From assembly GCA_043228905.1 (NCBI GenBank), contig JBHGNT010000008.1, positions 20,336,001-20,400,000 of the forward strand: a stretch of 64,000 nucleotides of DNA. The letters run 5' to 3'. Numbering within the stretch: position 1 is the first letter of the stretch; each line of letters opens with the position of its first letter. The notes beneath the pieces are model-generated. The model did not search any database. It had not been told where the DNA came from and worked only from the letters and a program-made list of their open reading frames with translations. The position numbers and the translations under genes were made by a program. This DNA is from Azolla caroliniana (taxonomy: Eukaryota > Plantae > Polypodiophyta). Below, in pieces: positions 21,875 through 33,130 of the stretch.

Positions 21875-23098
21875 TTAACAAGAGAGATTTGATCCAAGGT
21901 CTACACCCAAGGTAGAGCAAAAGGACTTGTAGAAGGTGATACGGGTTTGTTGGGCGGTCGGGTTTGAAGGGTTGCTTCCACACTCGAGGCCCCCATTGAT
22001 AGCCCGGATCGTGGCGCCAAACCCGATTCCATTGACCATGGCATTGTGGCATGTGGGGGAGCCACCGGTCATCCACGCCCATACGGCCGTCTTGAATGAG
22101 ATGGCAGGGTCAGATGCGACGATGCCGGGGTTGTTGATTCCATCGAAGCCAAGGGCGGCTCCGGCTGCCTTGTAGTTGTAGTTCCATGAGAGTTGGATGG
22201 GGCCACGACCGTAGTAGCGTTGGCCGGATGCGCACGGGACACCAGATGATGTGTTACAGTAAGTGTCCTTGATAACCTCCTCCACGTATTGTCCACCTGA
22301 GACCACCACAGAGAATAGTTATTATACATAGTTAGAGACCACAGAAAGGCAATGGGCATGACATCATTAAATTAAAAAATATGTATAGGGAACCGTGTAT
22401 GTATGTAACTTACTTCCGGTCTCGTGGGCCATGTTGGCGAAGAACGCGGCTAACTCGCGCTTCTGGACGGTGGAGCTGCCGCTCGTGCCGAAGCCGCTGT
22501 AGGCCGAAGCCGCAGCCAGGAAGGCGGCGTAGGTGTAGAAACCGCTGGCCGGGGCGGAGCTCCTCTGCGGGAGGAACTGGTTGAAGATACTGCTCGTGAT
22601 GATGGCGGAGACGCCACTTCCGGTTGAGCTGCTGGAGGAGGAAGTGCAGGGCCCGCTCTTGCAGCCGGCTCCGCAGTAAGCGCTGGTGGAGCCGCAGTAG
22701 CCGTACTGGCTGCAGCAGAGGTTTGAGGCGCATGGCGGGTTGCAGCCGCCACTGGAAGAGGAGGAGGTGCAGGGACCGCTCTTGCAGCCGGTTCCGCAAT
22801 AAGCGCTGGTGGAGCCGCAGTAGCCGTACTGGCTGCAGCAGAGGTTTGAGGCGCATGGCGGGTTGCAGCCGCCGCCGGAGGAGGAAGTGCAGGGCCCGCT
22901 CTGGCAGCCGGTTCCGCAGTAGTCGCTGGTGGAGCCGCAGTAGCCGTACTGGCTGCAGCAGAGATTATTGGGGCACGTGGCGCCTCCAGCTTGGCTGCCG
23001 CACTGCTGGGCCAGGCAGGGGGTGGCAAGGAGCAGCGCCGCCAATAGAACGGCAGCAACGCCGCCGCCCACGTACTGTCGCCGCTGCATCGTGGCCAT
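21875..23098 (-). CDS. Secreted GH19 chitinase with three hevein (CBM18) domains; exons 23098-22414 and 22296-21875, 368 aa
   Basis: Signal peptide ([17 protein letters not shown]), three [14 protein letters not shown] repeats, and GH19 motifs [48 protein letters not shown] 117-nt GTAAGT...CAG intron joins the two ORFs in frame (HETGSGQYVEE). Confidence 0.95.
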
Positions 23099-23175
23099 AG
23101 AACTCAATTCAAAAATAAATAAATAATTACAAAAAGAAATTGATGGACTTTATTTATTTGTATTCTATGTATGTG

Positions 23176-23245
23176 TTTATATAGACATAGAGATGCAGAC
23201 TCAGTTTAGTTAGTTAGTCACTAGGCAAGCACTTGGTTGACTCGA
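23176..23245 (-). promoter_or_regulatory. Chitinase core promoter: TATA box and nearby W-box
   Basis: TATATAAA on the minus strand at 23176-23183, about 80 nt upstream of the ATG. TTGACT at 23237-23242. Confidence 0.5.
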
Positions 23246-24233
23246 ATCAATCGCCACTTGTTTGTCTCTTGCGCATATTACTCCTTGATGGTCGGCCAAC
23301 AAAAATGTGACAATCTCCCGGACCCACTCGAAGGCGTTCGGCCAGTGTCAAGTTAATATGCTGGACTCCAAGCAGAATGAGGTGTAGAGTGGTCGTATGC
23401 AAACTCGATATGCATAAACAATGTCGGCCCGCTTTACTAACTAACAAGCAAGTAAGGAGGGGGAGGGCACAACCCTTTTTATGATTTAACCTTATCTTAG
23501 TGAGTTGTAATGTACACGATCTTTGGGAGAATGATATTGACACTTATCAAGTATGTATAGAACCCACCCTACCCACTATCACAACAGCAGCACGATATAT
23601 ATATATATATGCTATTGATCAATCTTGAAACCAAGGAAGTTCATTATATTTAAAGACATTAATCATTCTTGGAACAAGGGGGGGGGGGGGGGGGGGGAGT
23701 TCATTATATTTAAAGTGTGTGCACTCTCCATGCGTTAATTACTTCTTGAATTATTTCAAAGACCTCTTCATACATGTATGTATACTAATGAGTCAGTGAC
23801 AAATAAAAGTATGCCTTCAAGACTCTCAAGTTTTAGATAAATATACCCTATTAATATAATGGAGAGTTTAGAAACAAAACCTTCTTTTAAACCCTCTTCT
23901 AGTGCCGTTTCAATCTTATTTGTGCTACATATTGTCGATTGGACAATCAGCTTTCTTTTTTACCCTACCTTCCTTCCATTCAGTATGTCATCAAGTCTGG
24001 ACATAACTTAAGTTGTGTTGCCAAAACATTTCCACTCCCGCACCCACCAAGCGATTTCGTAAATATACCCACCGATCCTTGTTTCCGTCACGATATCTCG
24101 ATCGATTGATCATTGGACATTCATTTCTTCGACTACGCGATCCGCTTAGGGGATGTAGTAGTGGTAATGCACTACAATGTGTATATCGGCTCACATTGAG
24201 CATACTCGGGTTTTGTGTTTATTGCGCACTAGT

Positions 24234-24432
24234 AAGGATGGAGATGTGGCATGCACGCTACTAAGAATGCACATGCACGCTCCTAAGGATCGGAATGTGC
24301 ATTGCACGCTACTAAGAATGGAGATGCGCGCTACTTCAGGATGGAGATGTGCCATGCATGCCACTTAAGGATGGGGATGCATGCTACTTAAGGATGGGGA
24401 TGCACGCTACTAAGGATGGAGATGCACGCTTA
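24234..24432. repeat. Degenerate tandem repeat (unit ~22-33 bp, AAGGATGGAGATGCACGCTACT) at the start of a block (to ~24820) duplicated at ~30860-31323
   Basis: Repeated units are visible; the downstream ~450 bp recur in direct orientation. Confidence 0.8.
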
Positions 24433-24824
24433 AGTTCAAAAGAGAAAATCAACAAATGTTTGACTAACATGAATATTTGAGAATAATAAACCAATGAAGA
24501 TGTTACTCAATTAAGTCAATGAGCAAGTGGCCATGAGAGATGAGGGAAGAGTTATATAGCATGATGAAACAGAAGGTGGGACTTTTCTATTCCACGGAAA
24601 GTTAGGCTACTTTGTCTCCACTACATAATTTATGAATTGCCCAAATGTCAACTCAATATTAACAAATACTCACATTTTCGATGAACATAGGGATGTAGTT
24701 TGTCACCACACACTACGTCGACCGAACTTGATCAACATTTTTCTTCGCGAGACAATTGCCATGCTCGAGCAAAAAGGTTGTCGTGACATTCTCAAACTAA
24801 TGCGAAACTACTTGATGTGATATG

Positions 24825-25351
24825 TTGTAATATGTTCTCCCTTCTATATCTCCGATATAGTGACTCTCTGTTGCTTGTGGTTTTCCCCGTTTAGGGTTTC
24901 CACGGAAACTATTGTGTACCGTATATTTTCTCTTTTCTGTTTTATGTACATTTTGATCTACGTTTCTTGTGTATCTATGGTTCGGTCCTATCAAACTGGT
25001 ATCAGAGCGGCAGGTGCAATGATGGAAGCAGGTGCGAGTGGTTTTCTAGGAATGATGGCCCTGAACTCACACAACTAGTACGCAAATTGGATGATAAGTA
25101 CAGAGATGGAGAAAGCATAGCAGTACACATCAACACATTCATGGGGTTTGTAAATCGACTTGTTGTAGCCAAGTTTCACCTTCACGATGCTATGCAGGCT
25201 CTATTGTTGTTGTGTACACTATCGGACATCTGGGAGAACCTGATGGTGACTCTCAGTACCTCGTGTCAAGAAGAGAACTTGTCTCTACAAGTGGTAAAGA
25301 CAAGTATCTTGAACGAGGAGTCAAGAAGGAAGGACAAGGGTGCCGTATCCT
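24825..25351 (+). mobile_element. Copia 'C' fragment (LTR 3' part, PBS 24997-25008, deleted gag)
   Basis: TGGTATCAGAGC PBS. Gag peptide ALLLLCTLSDIWENLMVTL...ILNEESRRK. LTR part matches 32890-33061. Confidence 0.8.
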
Positions 25352-25399
25352 AGTCGAAATACTCTCCAAATGTGTGGTTAACAAGATGCGTTAGTACAC

Positions 25400-26043
25400 A
25401 ACAATTATAGTCAACTGGTTCAATCCAACATGGTATCCCACTATAACTTAACACGCGTAAGATTGGAACTTAAAGCACATAAGGAAAATACACAAGATAA
25501 GCAACAAGGTATTATATTACTCGCAAATATTATGTCATCCAATCTAGACCGTTTATATAGCTATTCGACTTCTGATACAAACTGGTGCATAGACGAATCG
25601 GTAGCGATACAAACAGTGCGGTTCCAGATTGGTACATCTGTCCGGACCCGTCAATATATAATATTTCTAATTATTTATTATCAGGAACTCTGAAACCCTC
25701 CAGATCATACTTCCAATTAACACTCTAGGGACAACACCTCGCACGCCCATGGGACAGTGCCTTGCACATCGATCTGCCCGTAATCATCCATCTGACTGCT
25801 CCGGTCCCTAACATTCCTCGAGTATGTTCATCACGTCTTGATCCACTAGATTTATTTGTTGGTCTCACTCTTCTTCAATTCGGGTTCCTGTCCTTTCTCC
25901 CGTCTGTTCCTCTATAGTACTTTCTTGCACCGGTACTTGATTACTCGGCTGCAACTGCTCTTGCTCCATCTGTTGCTCCTCCTTGCGTGGTGGTTCCAGT
26001 TTGCCTACTAGTTGCTCCTCATCACTCAGGTTTATCTTTACGA
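25400..26043 (-). mobile_element. Relic 3' end of a Gypsy related to 4522-14406 (extra-ORF C-terminus, inverted PBS-like site, partial LTR ending 25736)
   Basis: VKINLSDEEQL matches extra-ORF VTVNLSDEEPL. GCACGCCCATGGGACAGTGCCTTG matches 4947-4970. ACACGCGTAAGAT is shared with the LTR. Confidence 0.75.
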
Positions 26044-26368
26044 TTTGAAGGTCACATTTGAATTGTTGTTATACAAAACATTATTGGGCCCTAATGCAAC
26101 CATGTTAAGAATTTATTTGATTTCGTCATGGGTATAGTAGTGAACTAAGTATTGTTAGTTCAATTGTATTAATACCTTGAGCATACAATTGAATTCAACA
26201 CTTTATTTAGATTTTTGAAAAAGGTATCATTGGAGACATATTTATAGTGTTTTCTCTATTCGATATCCATGTGTAGTCATGTGAATACAGGATCATGCAC
26301 AATATTTTTGAAAGTATGATGGTTAAATTGAATAGTGACAAGAGAACAACAAACAACACTTTCCCACT

Positions 26369-26617
26369 TAGTGTGGAGGTTTCATTGTAGAGAAGGAGGT
26401 GTCACATGTGCCAAAAACCAATGTTGTAGTCAATATGGGTATTATATCTTCCTAACATAGAGAAAATCTAGCCCCCACCAACGGCTCTACACTTACACAA
26501 TGTTCATTGTGGTTGGCAATGCACATAATAGCTTTGGTACAGTTAGAAGCATTAAAGTGTAGAAGCATGGGCTAGGTGCATTCTTTACCAACATTGCCCT
26601 TGAGAAACGAAGTAAAT
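26369..26617 (+). pseudogene. Chitinase pseudogene 1 (partial hevein domain plus GH19 exon 1)
   Basis: Translates GGVTCAKNQCCSQYGY and LYTYTMFIVVGNAHNSFGTVRSIKV*KHGLGAFFTNIALEKR, then gtaaat at the homologous donor position. Confidence 0.75.
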
Positions 26618-26749
26618 ATATGTAAGTTGTGAGAAAAACCCAAACTCCCTTGTGTGGTAGCAAGAATTAAAATTAAAATTATAACCAATATATTTGTTGA
26701 TTGTGGTAAGTGTACTATTGTAATAGCATGGCAATGTTTTGTCCTGTCA

Positions 26750-27461
26750 GCAACGTGCCAATGAGCACAACTTGTCGAAAGCCATCAGAATATCATCGGG
26801 GCTGAAGATGAATAATTAGGCAAATTTGGTTGATGGAGCATCTTAACTGTGACCATGTTCCATCGAATTTTTCTGGCAAGATGACATTGGGTTCTATAAC
26901 AGAAGGGTCAACAATCGAGTGAGGTGTAAACGTTGTGGCTATCTTAAGTATTTGAACAAAGTTTCACAAGTTTGCATTCTCATGTTGGAGTTGTTGCAGG
27001 ACCGCCAAAAATTGCTCAATGTTACTAGATGATTCTGACATAATAGTGTATTGAGAAAGAAGAAAAAGAAGGAAGGAGACCAATCTATCATGGATAAACA
27101 ATAGGAAGATAAAGAGACGGGGAAGTTGATGAGATATAGAGATGGGGAAGTTGATGAGATATAGAGATGGAGAAGTTGATGACAATGAGTAAGAATATCT
27201 ATTCCATGACTGGTGTTGATCTCCTTGATGTTAACAAGAGAGATAAACCCTTTTTATAAATGTAGCGATGCATGATAAACATGCTCATGCCAAGTCTTAC
27301 ATACTATAATATCAAGCATACTATGTCTTGCATGCCAAGTCTTACATAGTGAGTCTTACATACCACTATTTATACAAAGGTTTAAAGTCTAATGTTTTTC
27401 TAGGAGAAATATATATATATACAAGGGCCTAAGGCTCAAATTCGAGTCGATGTTCATGATA
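26750..27461 (-). mobile_element. Chromoviral (Tcn1-like) Gypsy 5' relic: LTR and gag start
   Basis: Gag MSESSSNIEQFLAVLQQLQHEN...VILPEKFDGTWSQLRCSINQI. The LTR start TATCATGAACATCGACTC matches 41448. Confidence 0.6.
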
Positions 27462-27841
27462 GTAGGAATATTGTTGCAAGATTAAGTTTAGGTTTTTTTT
27501 TTTTTACAGGATTTGAAGATCACATTTGAATTGTAATATTTTATACAAAACATTATTGGGCCCTAATGCAACCATGTTAAGAATTTATTTGATTTCGTCA
27601 TGGGTATAGTAGTGAACTAAGTATTGGTAGTTCAATTGTATTAATACCTTAAGCATACAATGGAATTCGACTCTTTATTTAGATTTTTGAAAAAGGTATC
27701 ATTGGAGACATATGTATACTATTTTCTCTACTCAATATCCATGTGTAGTCATGTGAATACTAGATCATGCACAATATTTTTTAAAGTATGATTGTTAAAT
27801 TAAATAATGACAAGAGAAGCACAGACAACACTTTCCCACTT

Positions 27842-28092
27842 ATTGTGGAGGTTTCATTGCAGAGGAGGAGGTGTCACATGTGCCAAAAACCTATGTTGTG
27901 GTCAATATGGATGGGTATTATATCATCCTCACCCAAAGAAACTTTGGACCCCACCAACAGCGTTGCACATACACCATGTTCATTGTGGTTGCCAATGCAC
28001 ACTATGGCTTTGGGAATCAAGGGCATTAATGTGTGGAAGCATGATCCAGGTGCAATTTTTGACCAACATTGTCGTTGAGACACCGTGTAAAT
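27842..28092 (+). pseudogene. Chitinase pseudogene 2, in a ~700-bp direct duplicate (26044-26745 vs 27510-28215)
   Basis: HCRGGGVTCAKNLCCGQYG in the ORF track. Colinear with pseudogene 1 through accaacattgtcgttgagacaccgt|gtaaat. Confidence 0.7.
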
Positions 28093-29269
28093 ATACATAG
28101 GTTGTGAGGAATAGCCATACTCCCTTGTGTGGTAACAAGAATTAAAATTACAATTATAACCAATATATTCGTTGATAGTGGCAAGTCTACTACCGTAATA
28201 GCATGGCCATGTTTTTGAACGAATACCATAATACTAGTTTGCTATCGTAATTCATAGATAGCTAGATTTGGAAGCAACATCCATTCCAAGCCCGGTGCAT
28301 GACAAAGTTTTTTTTATTTTTTGAAAGATTTTTATCAATAGTGATGATGAGAGAAAGAAAAAAGATAGAGAAGAGAAGAGGAAGAGAAAAGAATACTAGA
28401 ATATAGTATTAGGAAAACAATACAGTCCTCTTAGATTCCAAAAGTAACAACCCCAAATAACTACTTCAATATACTATTAGCCAAAATAGTCTTTCCATCT
28501 TCTCTCATTCTTCAACTAATCTTCTTGTCACTTCTTCTAATCTTCTTATTCTTCCTCACTTCTTCTTGTAGATATTCTATTCCTCCCTTTGTCTCACCCA
28601 TTTACTAAGAATACCTGGTTTTTAGTTGCGTTATACTTGCTTTTTTCTTTCTATATATCCTCGAGTTTGTGTGATGTGTTTTTCATATCATTATTTCTGG
28701 TTTGTCCTCCAAATTTATCATACAAGAAAGCTCTCTTTGCCAGCTTTCTTACAAATATTTTCTTTTGAAATTTGGATATAACATGAAGAAGTTATGAGCT
28801 TTTTTCTCTGTCTTGCTTTTTCTGCCTTTCTTTATGCGTTTTTTTCTTTTTTCCTTTTTCTACTTTTGAAAAACACCTCTAACTTCATATCCCTTCAATT
28901 TCATTCATCTTTTAACTCTTGAACCTTTTATATTGTGCTTTATTCTTATACACCTTAGCATCCGATGTATTTGCCATGGTCTTTTCTTACGAGCAAAAAT
29001 TGACTTCACAAATAGTATTAAGGAAAAATGCCTGACGGCTATAACTTGAACTTGTTTACCCAGAAGCTTACAAGTTTTTATGTACAATGATATCCAATAA
29101 TCCTACGGCTAGTGTTGGGCAAAGTTCCAGGAACAATGTCAGCATTCTTGTTGGGTTGACACTTTTGTCGGCCATACAACCGGAATTGATTCTAGCCAGG
29201 TTTTCCTACCAGCTCATTGCTCCTTACTCGCTTGCAGGTTCTTGTTACTTGTTGCTCCATACTCGTTAT

Positions 29270-29605
29270 GTTCCACACTATTCACTGTTCACTGCTCATT
29301 GCCCACTGTCCAAGGCCCACTGCTCGTGGTTTATTACTCGTTGATCACTGCTCATTAATCGTTGCTCCGTCCTCGCCGATTGCTGCTCGTCACTCGCTAA
29401 TTTTTGCTCATTGATTACCACACGTCCGTCGCTAATTGCCACTCGTCTCTCGGTGATTGTTGCTCGTCACTCATTGATTGTCACTCACTAATTGCCACTC
29501 ATCACTCGCTAGTCATCAGTCGTTACTCACCACTCACCACTTGCTAATTCCCGCGCGTTACTTGCCACTTGTTACTTGCTGCTTACTGGGAGTTGCTCAT
29601 TACTC
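29270..29605. repeat. Degenerate pyrimidine-rich short-period repeat (ctcgtcact/gctcact-like)
   Basis: Recurring cactc/gctcg motifs; no convincing protein. Confidence 0.55.
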
Positions 29606-30241
29606 GATCTCTTTGCTCTCTATTTCGGGGTGAGTGCACATTTTTCAATATTAGGGTGTTGTACACTCAATCCATTTTCTCATATCATTATGTAAACTTA
29701 CCATTACCTTGTTTGTTTTCCTTCTAGATTGTATGTTTTTACTATAGAATATTCATAAAATGTTAATAAAACCTTAAGATCATCCATAAAATGTTACACT
29801 AATGAAGAGATGCATTTTACAATACATCGCAATGTAGGGTTTAAATCAAACATTCATGTATGCTATTTTCAATTATAAGGTGATTTGATCACTTCTTAAA
29901 CGTTTCTTGAACATGAAGAGGGTTGAATCCTCATGCTTCCTTTTAGTGGGTGAACATGAGGTTGTGAAAATGTAAGCGAACTAGGTGTGGAAAGAGATTT
30001 GCTTTTCTTCATCGTCATCAAGGGGCTACTATGATAAACAAATTAGACGAATCTCAATTACTATTTACTTATTAGACGAACCTGATGGTGACTCTCAATA
30101 CCTCGTGTTAAGAAGAGAACTTGTCTCTACAAGTGGTAAAGACAAGTATCCTGAACGAGGAGTCAAGAAGGAAGGACAAGGGTGTCCTAGCCTAGTTGGG
30201 ATACTCTCCAAAGGTGTGGTTAGCAAGATGGGTTAGTACAT

Positions 30242-30788
30242 TGTTGTCCGTGGGACAGATTGGTAATTTGGGTATGAAATGAATAAATGAAGCTAGATGT
30301 AGGTGAAGTATGCAAACTGTAACAGGGAAGGTAGCGAAGATAATGGAACCGTGAAACAAGGAACCAAAATGCATAAAGACGGAAGCACGCCAAGCGGGAA
30401 AGCAAATTATAAAAAATGTGAAGCAGAAACGTAACAAGGGGGAGGATAGCAGAGAGAAGAGTAGGCCCTAGTTAGAATAGAGTACTCAAGGAACGTACAA
30501 TATCTGCGCACACTTTCTGTTTAGTTTTCGGTTGTGCATCATGTAATCACAATTCCTTATTACATAATAAACATCTAGTTTTGGGTCAAATCTGGTATGT
30601 GTCTTAATTGCATTTCTAAATAATAACTTCTCGTATTAAAATCGGGTCTTTATGTCTAACCAATCGTTCTGAGTATGAATCAGCACCTTGACCTCTGCCA
30701 CGTACCATAGTCCCCTGATCCAATTACCATAGGAGTAATTGAAGGTGTTGCCTCCATGAAGGAGACGACATAATTTGGCACACCCGGT
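30242..30788 (+). mobile_element. Gypsy-type 5' LTR (30242-30770) with PBS TGGCACACCCGGT (30776-30788); internal part lost
   Basis: Termini TGTTGTC...GACGACA, 5-nt spacer, then a TGG-initiated Tat-like PBS. Confidence 0.65.
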
Positions 30789-31482
30789 TCACGTTGTGGA
30801 TCACAGCGAACAAATGTCGGTTGGAGACCCCCCAGTCGCCATTACGGCGCCTATTCGATGCACGCTACTTAAGGATGGAGATGTGCCATGCATGCTACTT
30901 AAGTATGGAGATGCACACTACTAAGGATGGAGATGCACGCTCAAGTTGAAAATAGAAAATCAACATTTTCACTAACATGAATATTATAGGATAATAAACC
31001 AATGAAGATGTTACTCAATTAAGTCAATGAGCAAGTGGCCATGAGAGATGAGGGAAGAGTTATATAGCATGATGAAACAGAAGGTGGGAATTTTCTATTC
31101 CACAGAAAGTTAGGCTAGTTTGGCTCCACTACATAAATTATAAATTGCCCAAATGTCAACTCAATATTAACAAATACTCACATTATCGATGAACATAGGG
31201 ATGTAGTTAGTCACCACACACTACGTCGACTGGACTTGATCAACATTTTTCTTCATGAGACATGCCATGATCGAGCAAAAAGGTTGTCACGTTCTCAAAC
31301 TAATGCGAAACTACTTGATGTGACCAAGAAAAATGTGGAAATCTCTTGTGCCCACCATAAGATGCGTTAGAGTTTTGGCAACTCTACATGCACGCCAAAA
31401 CACGTAATAGGCTCTCAGGATCAACAAATAACATACATGTATAGAGATAGGAACATTTTGACATAAAAACAATGGTGTGGAC

Positions 31483-32185
31483 TGACAGGAAGACACACAC
31501 CCGATGAACAGCGCTCGGCCACAACCGAGCCTAGAATCAAACACAGTAAACGGGTAATGAACACACGATACAGTGAAGAGAAGAGTACACAGGATGTTAA
31601 CGTGAAAAAAACCAAACTAGGGAAAAACCACGGCAGCCCACAGACTGCAAACTATCACTATATCAGATTGTACAATAGTAAAGCACCAAAGCAACGACCT
31701 CGAGCTTGCTATCTTCACCACAGGCGGCGGTTACAACAGAGGCAACGACCTCTTCCTCTCTCTCACTCTCTCTGTACACAGTTACGCGCTCTAATCTTGC
31801 ACCAACAAGAATGACAACAACAGACTAAAGTTTGCCCTAAGTCATATTTATACTAATATGAGTTTTCGACTATTTACAAATATAGCCCCGATGGACTCTC
31901 AGAAACATATTTACGAATATGTCCCTTCATCCGGTGAGCATTCCTCACTGGGCCTGCATCATCCGGCTCTTGCCGGGTACTCGTCATCTGGTTCTCAACA
32001 GGTCTTCCGTAGCCGGGTACTTGTCATCAGGTTCTCACCGGGTCTTCCGTAGCCGGGTACTTGTCAGTCGGTTCTCACCGGGTCTTCTGTAGCCGGGTAC
32101 TTGTCATCCGGTTTCGGCCTCGGCCAAGTTTGCTCATCAACATTGTTCTTCTCACTTCCCATCCTGAGGGACTTGTTTCCTAACA
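31483..32185 (-). mobile_element. Solo LTR of Copia family A
   Basis: TGACAGG...CTAACA matches 54780-55425. Flanks TGGAC/TAGAC (4/5 TSD). No PBS or PPT adjacent. Confidence 0.88.
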
Positions 32186-32441
32186 TAGACATAGAGGGAA
32201 GAATCAAGGTATTATAATATATTAAGAATGAAAGTATATGTACATACATTATTGGGGGGAGGAGCTCTTGCACATATGACTATGCTCCACTCAAAACTCT
32301 ATACTAACAAGACCCTCTAGCCTTCTTTTACTCTTGTGAAGGACTTTTGCATGAACACCACTTGTCACACATGCATTTTGCATGCATATACTATGACATG
32401 CAATTACCTTCATCATTAGCTAATATTGACTAAATTTCAAT

Positions 32442-33130
32442 TATTAGGAATATGTCCCTCTATAGGAGGAGCCGATTATTCGACTGAGTAAGAACCAACA
32501 GTCGAAGATAAGGAGAAGCCGACTAGTCGGGATCTTGAAAGAGCCGACAATCAAAGACATCGAGAGTCGACTGAGAGAGAGTCAACAATAGATGATCCAA
32601 GTCGACAACAAGGCCGACTAGATAGTCGCCTAATCGATTTATCAACTACTACTATTGTTACTAATAATAATAGTAATCATATCTGTAAATAGCGCATATT
32701 GTGTCTGAATATAAATACACCTAGGGAAAACCTAGAAAGTGTGTAGTCTGAGCTGAAAGAGTAGAACATAACCAAGTGTTGTGTCTGTTTTTGAGCTTGT
32801 GTATAGTGAGCGTGAGGGAGAGCGGCGCCATAGCCGAGTGACAATAGACGCCAAGAGCCTTGTGTGGATGATACACTCTATACAAAGAGTGTTGTAATAT
32901 GTTTTGCCTTCTTTATCTTTGATATAGTGACTCTATGTTGCTCCTGGTTATCCCTGTTTAGGGTTACCACGTAAACTACTGTGTACCGTGTATTTTATGT
33001 TTTTGTGTTTTCTGTAAATTTCGATCTACATTTCTTGTCTATCTATGGTTCGGTCCTATCAAACTAGTATCAAAGCGACAGGTGCAATGATGGAAGGAGG
33101 CGCGAGTGGTTTTCAAGGAATGATGGTCCT
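32442..33130 (+). mobile_element. Copia 'C' 5' LTR (about 32442-33061), degenerate PBS and gag start, interrupted by Copia B
   Basis: PBS TAGTATCAAAGC at 33065. MMEGGASGFQGMM matches the 24825 copy. Confidence 0.7.

Noticed and set aside
22367-22413. ORF-track C-terminus [15 protein letters not shown] of the 246-aa chitinase ORF
   Set aside because: It is intron read-through; a GT-AG splice restores the GH19 domain.
28280-29260. AT-rich, strand-biased region that may be a decayed coding sequence
   Set aside because: No identifiable motif or sustained frame by eye.
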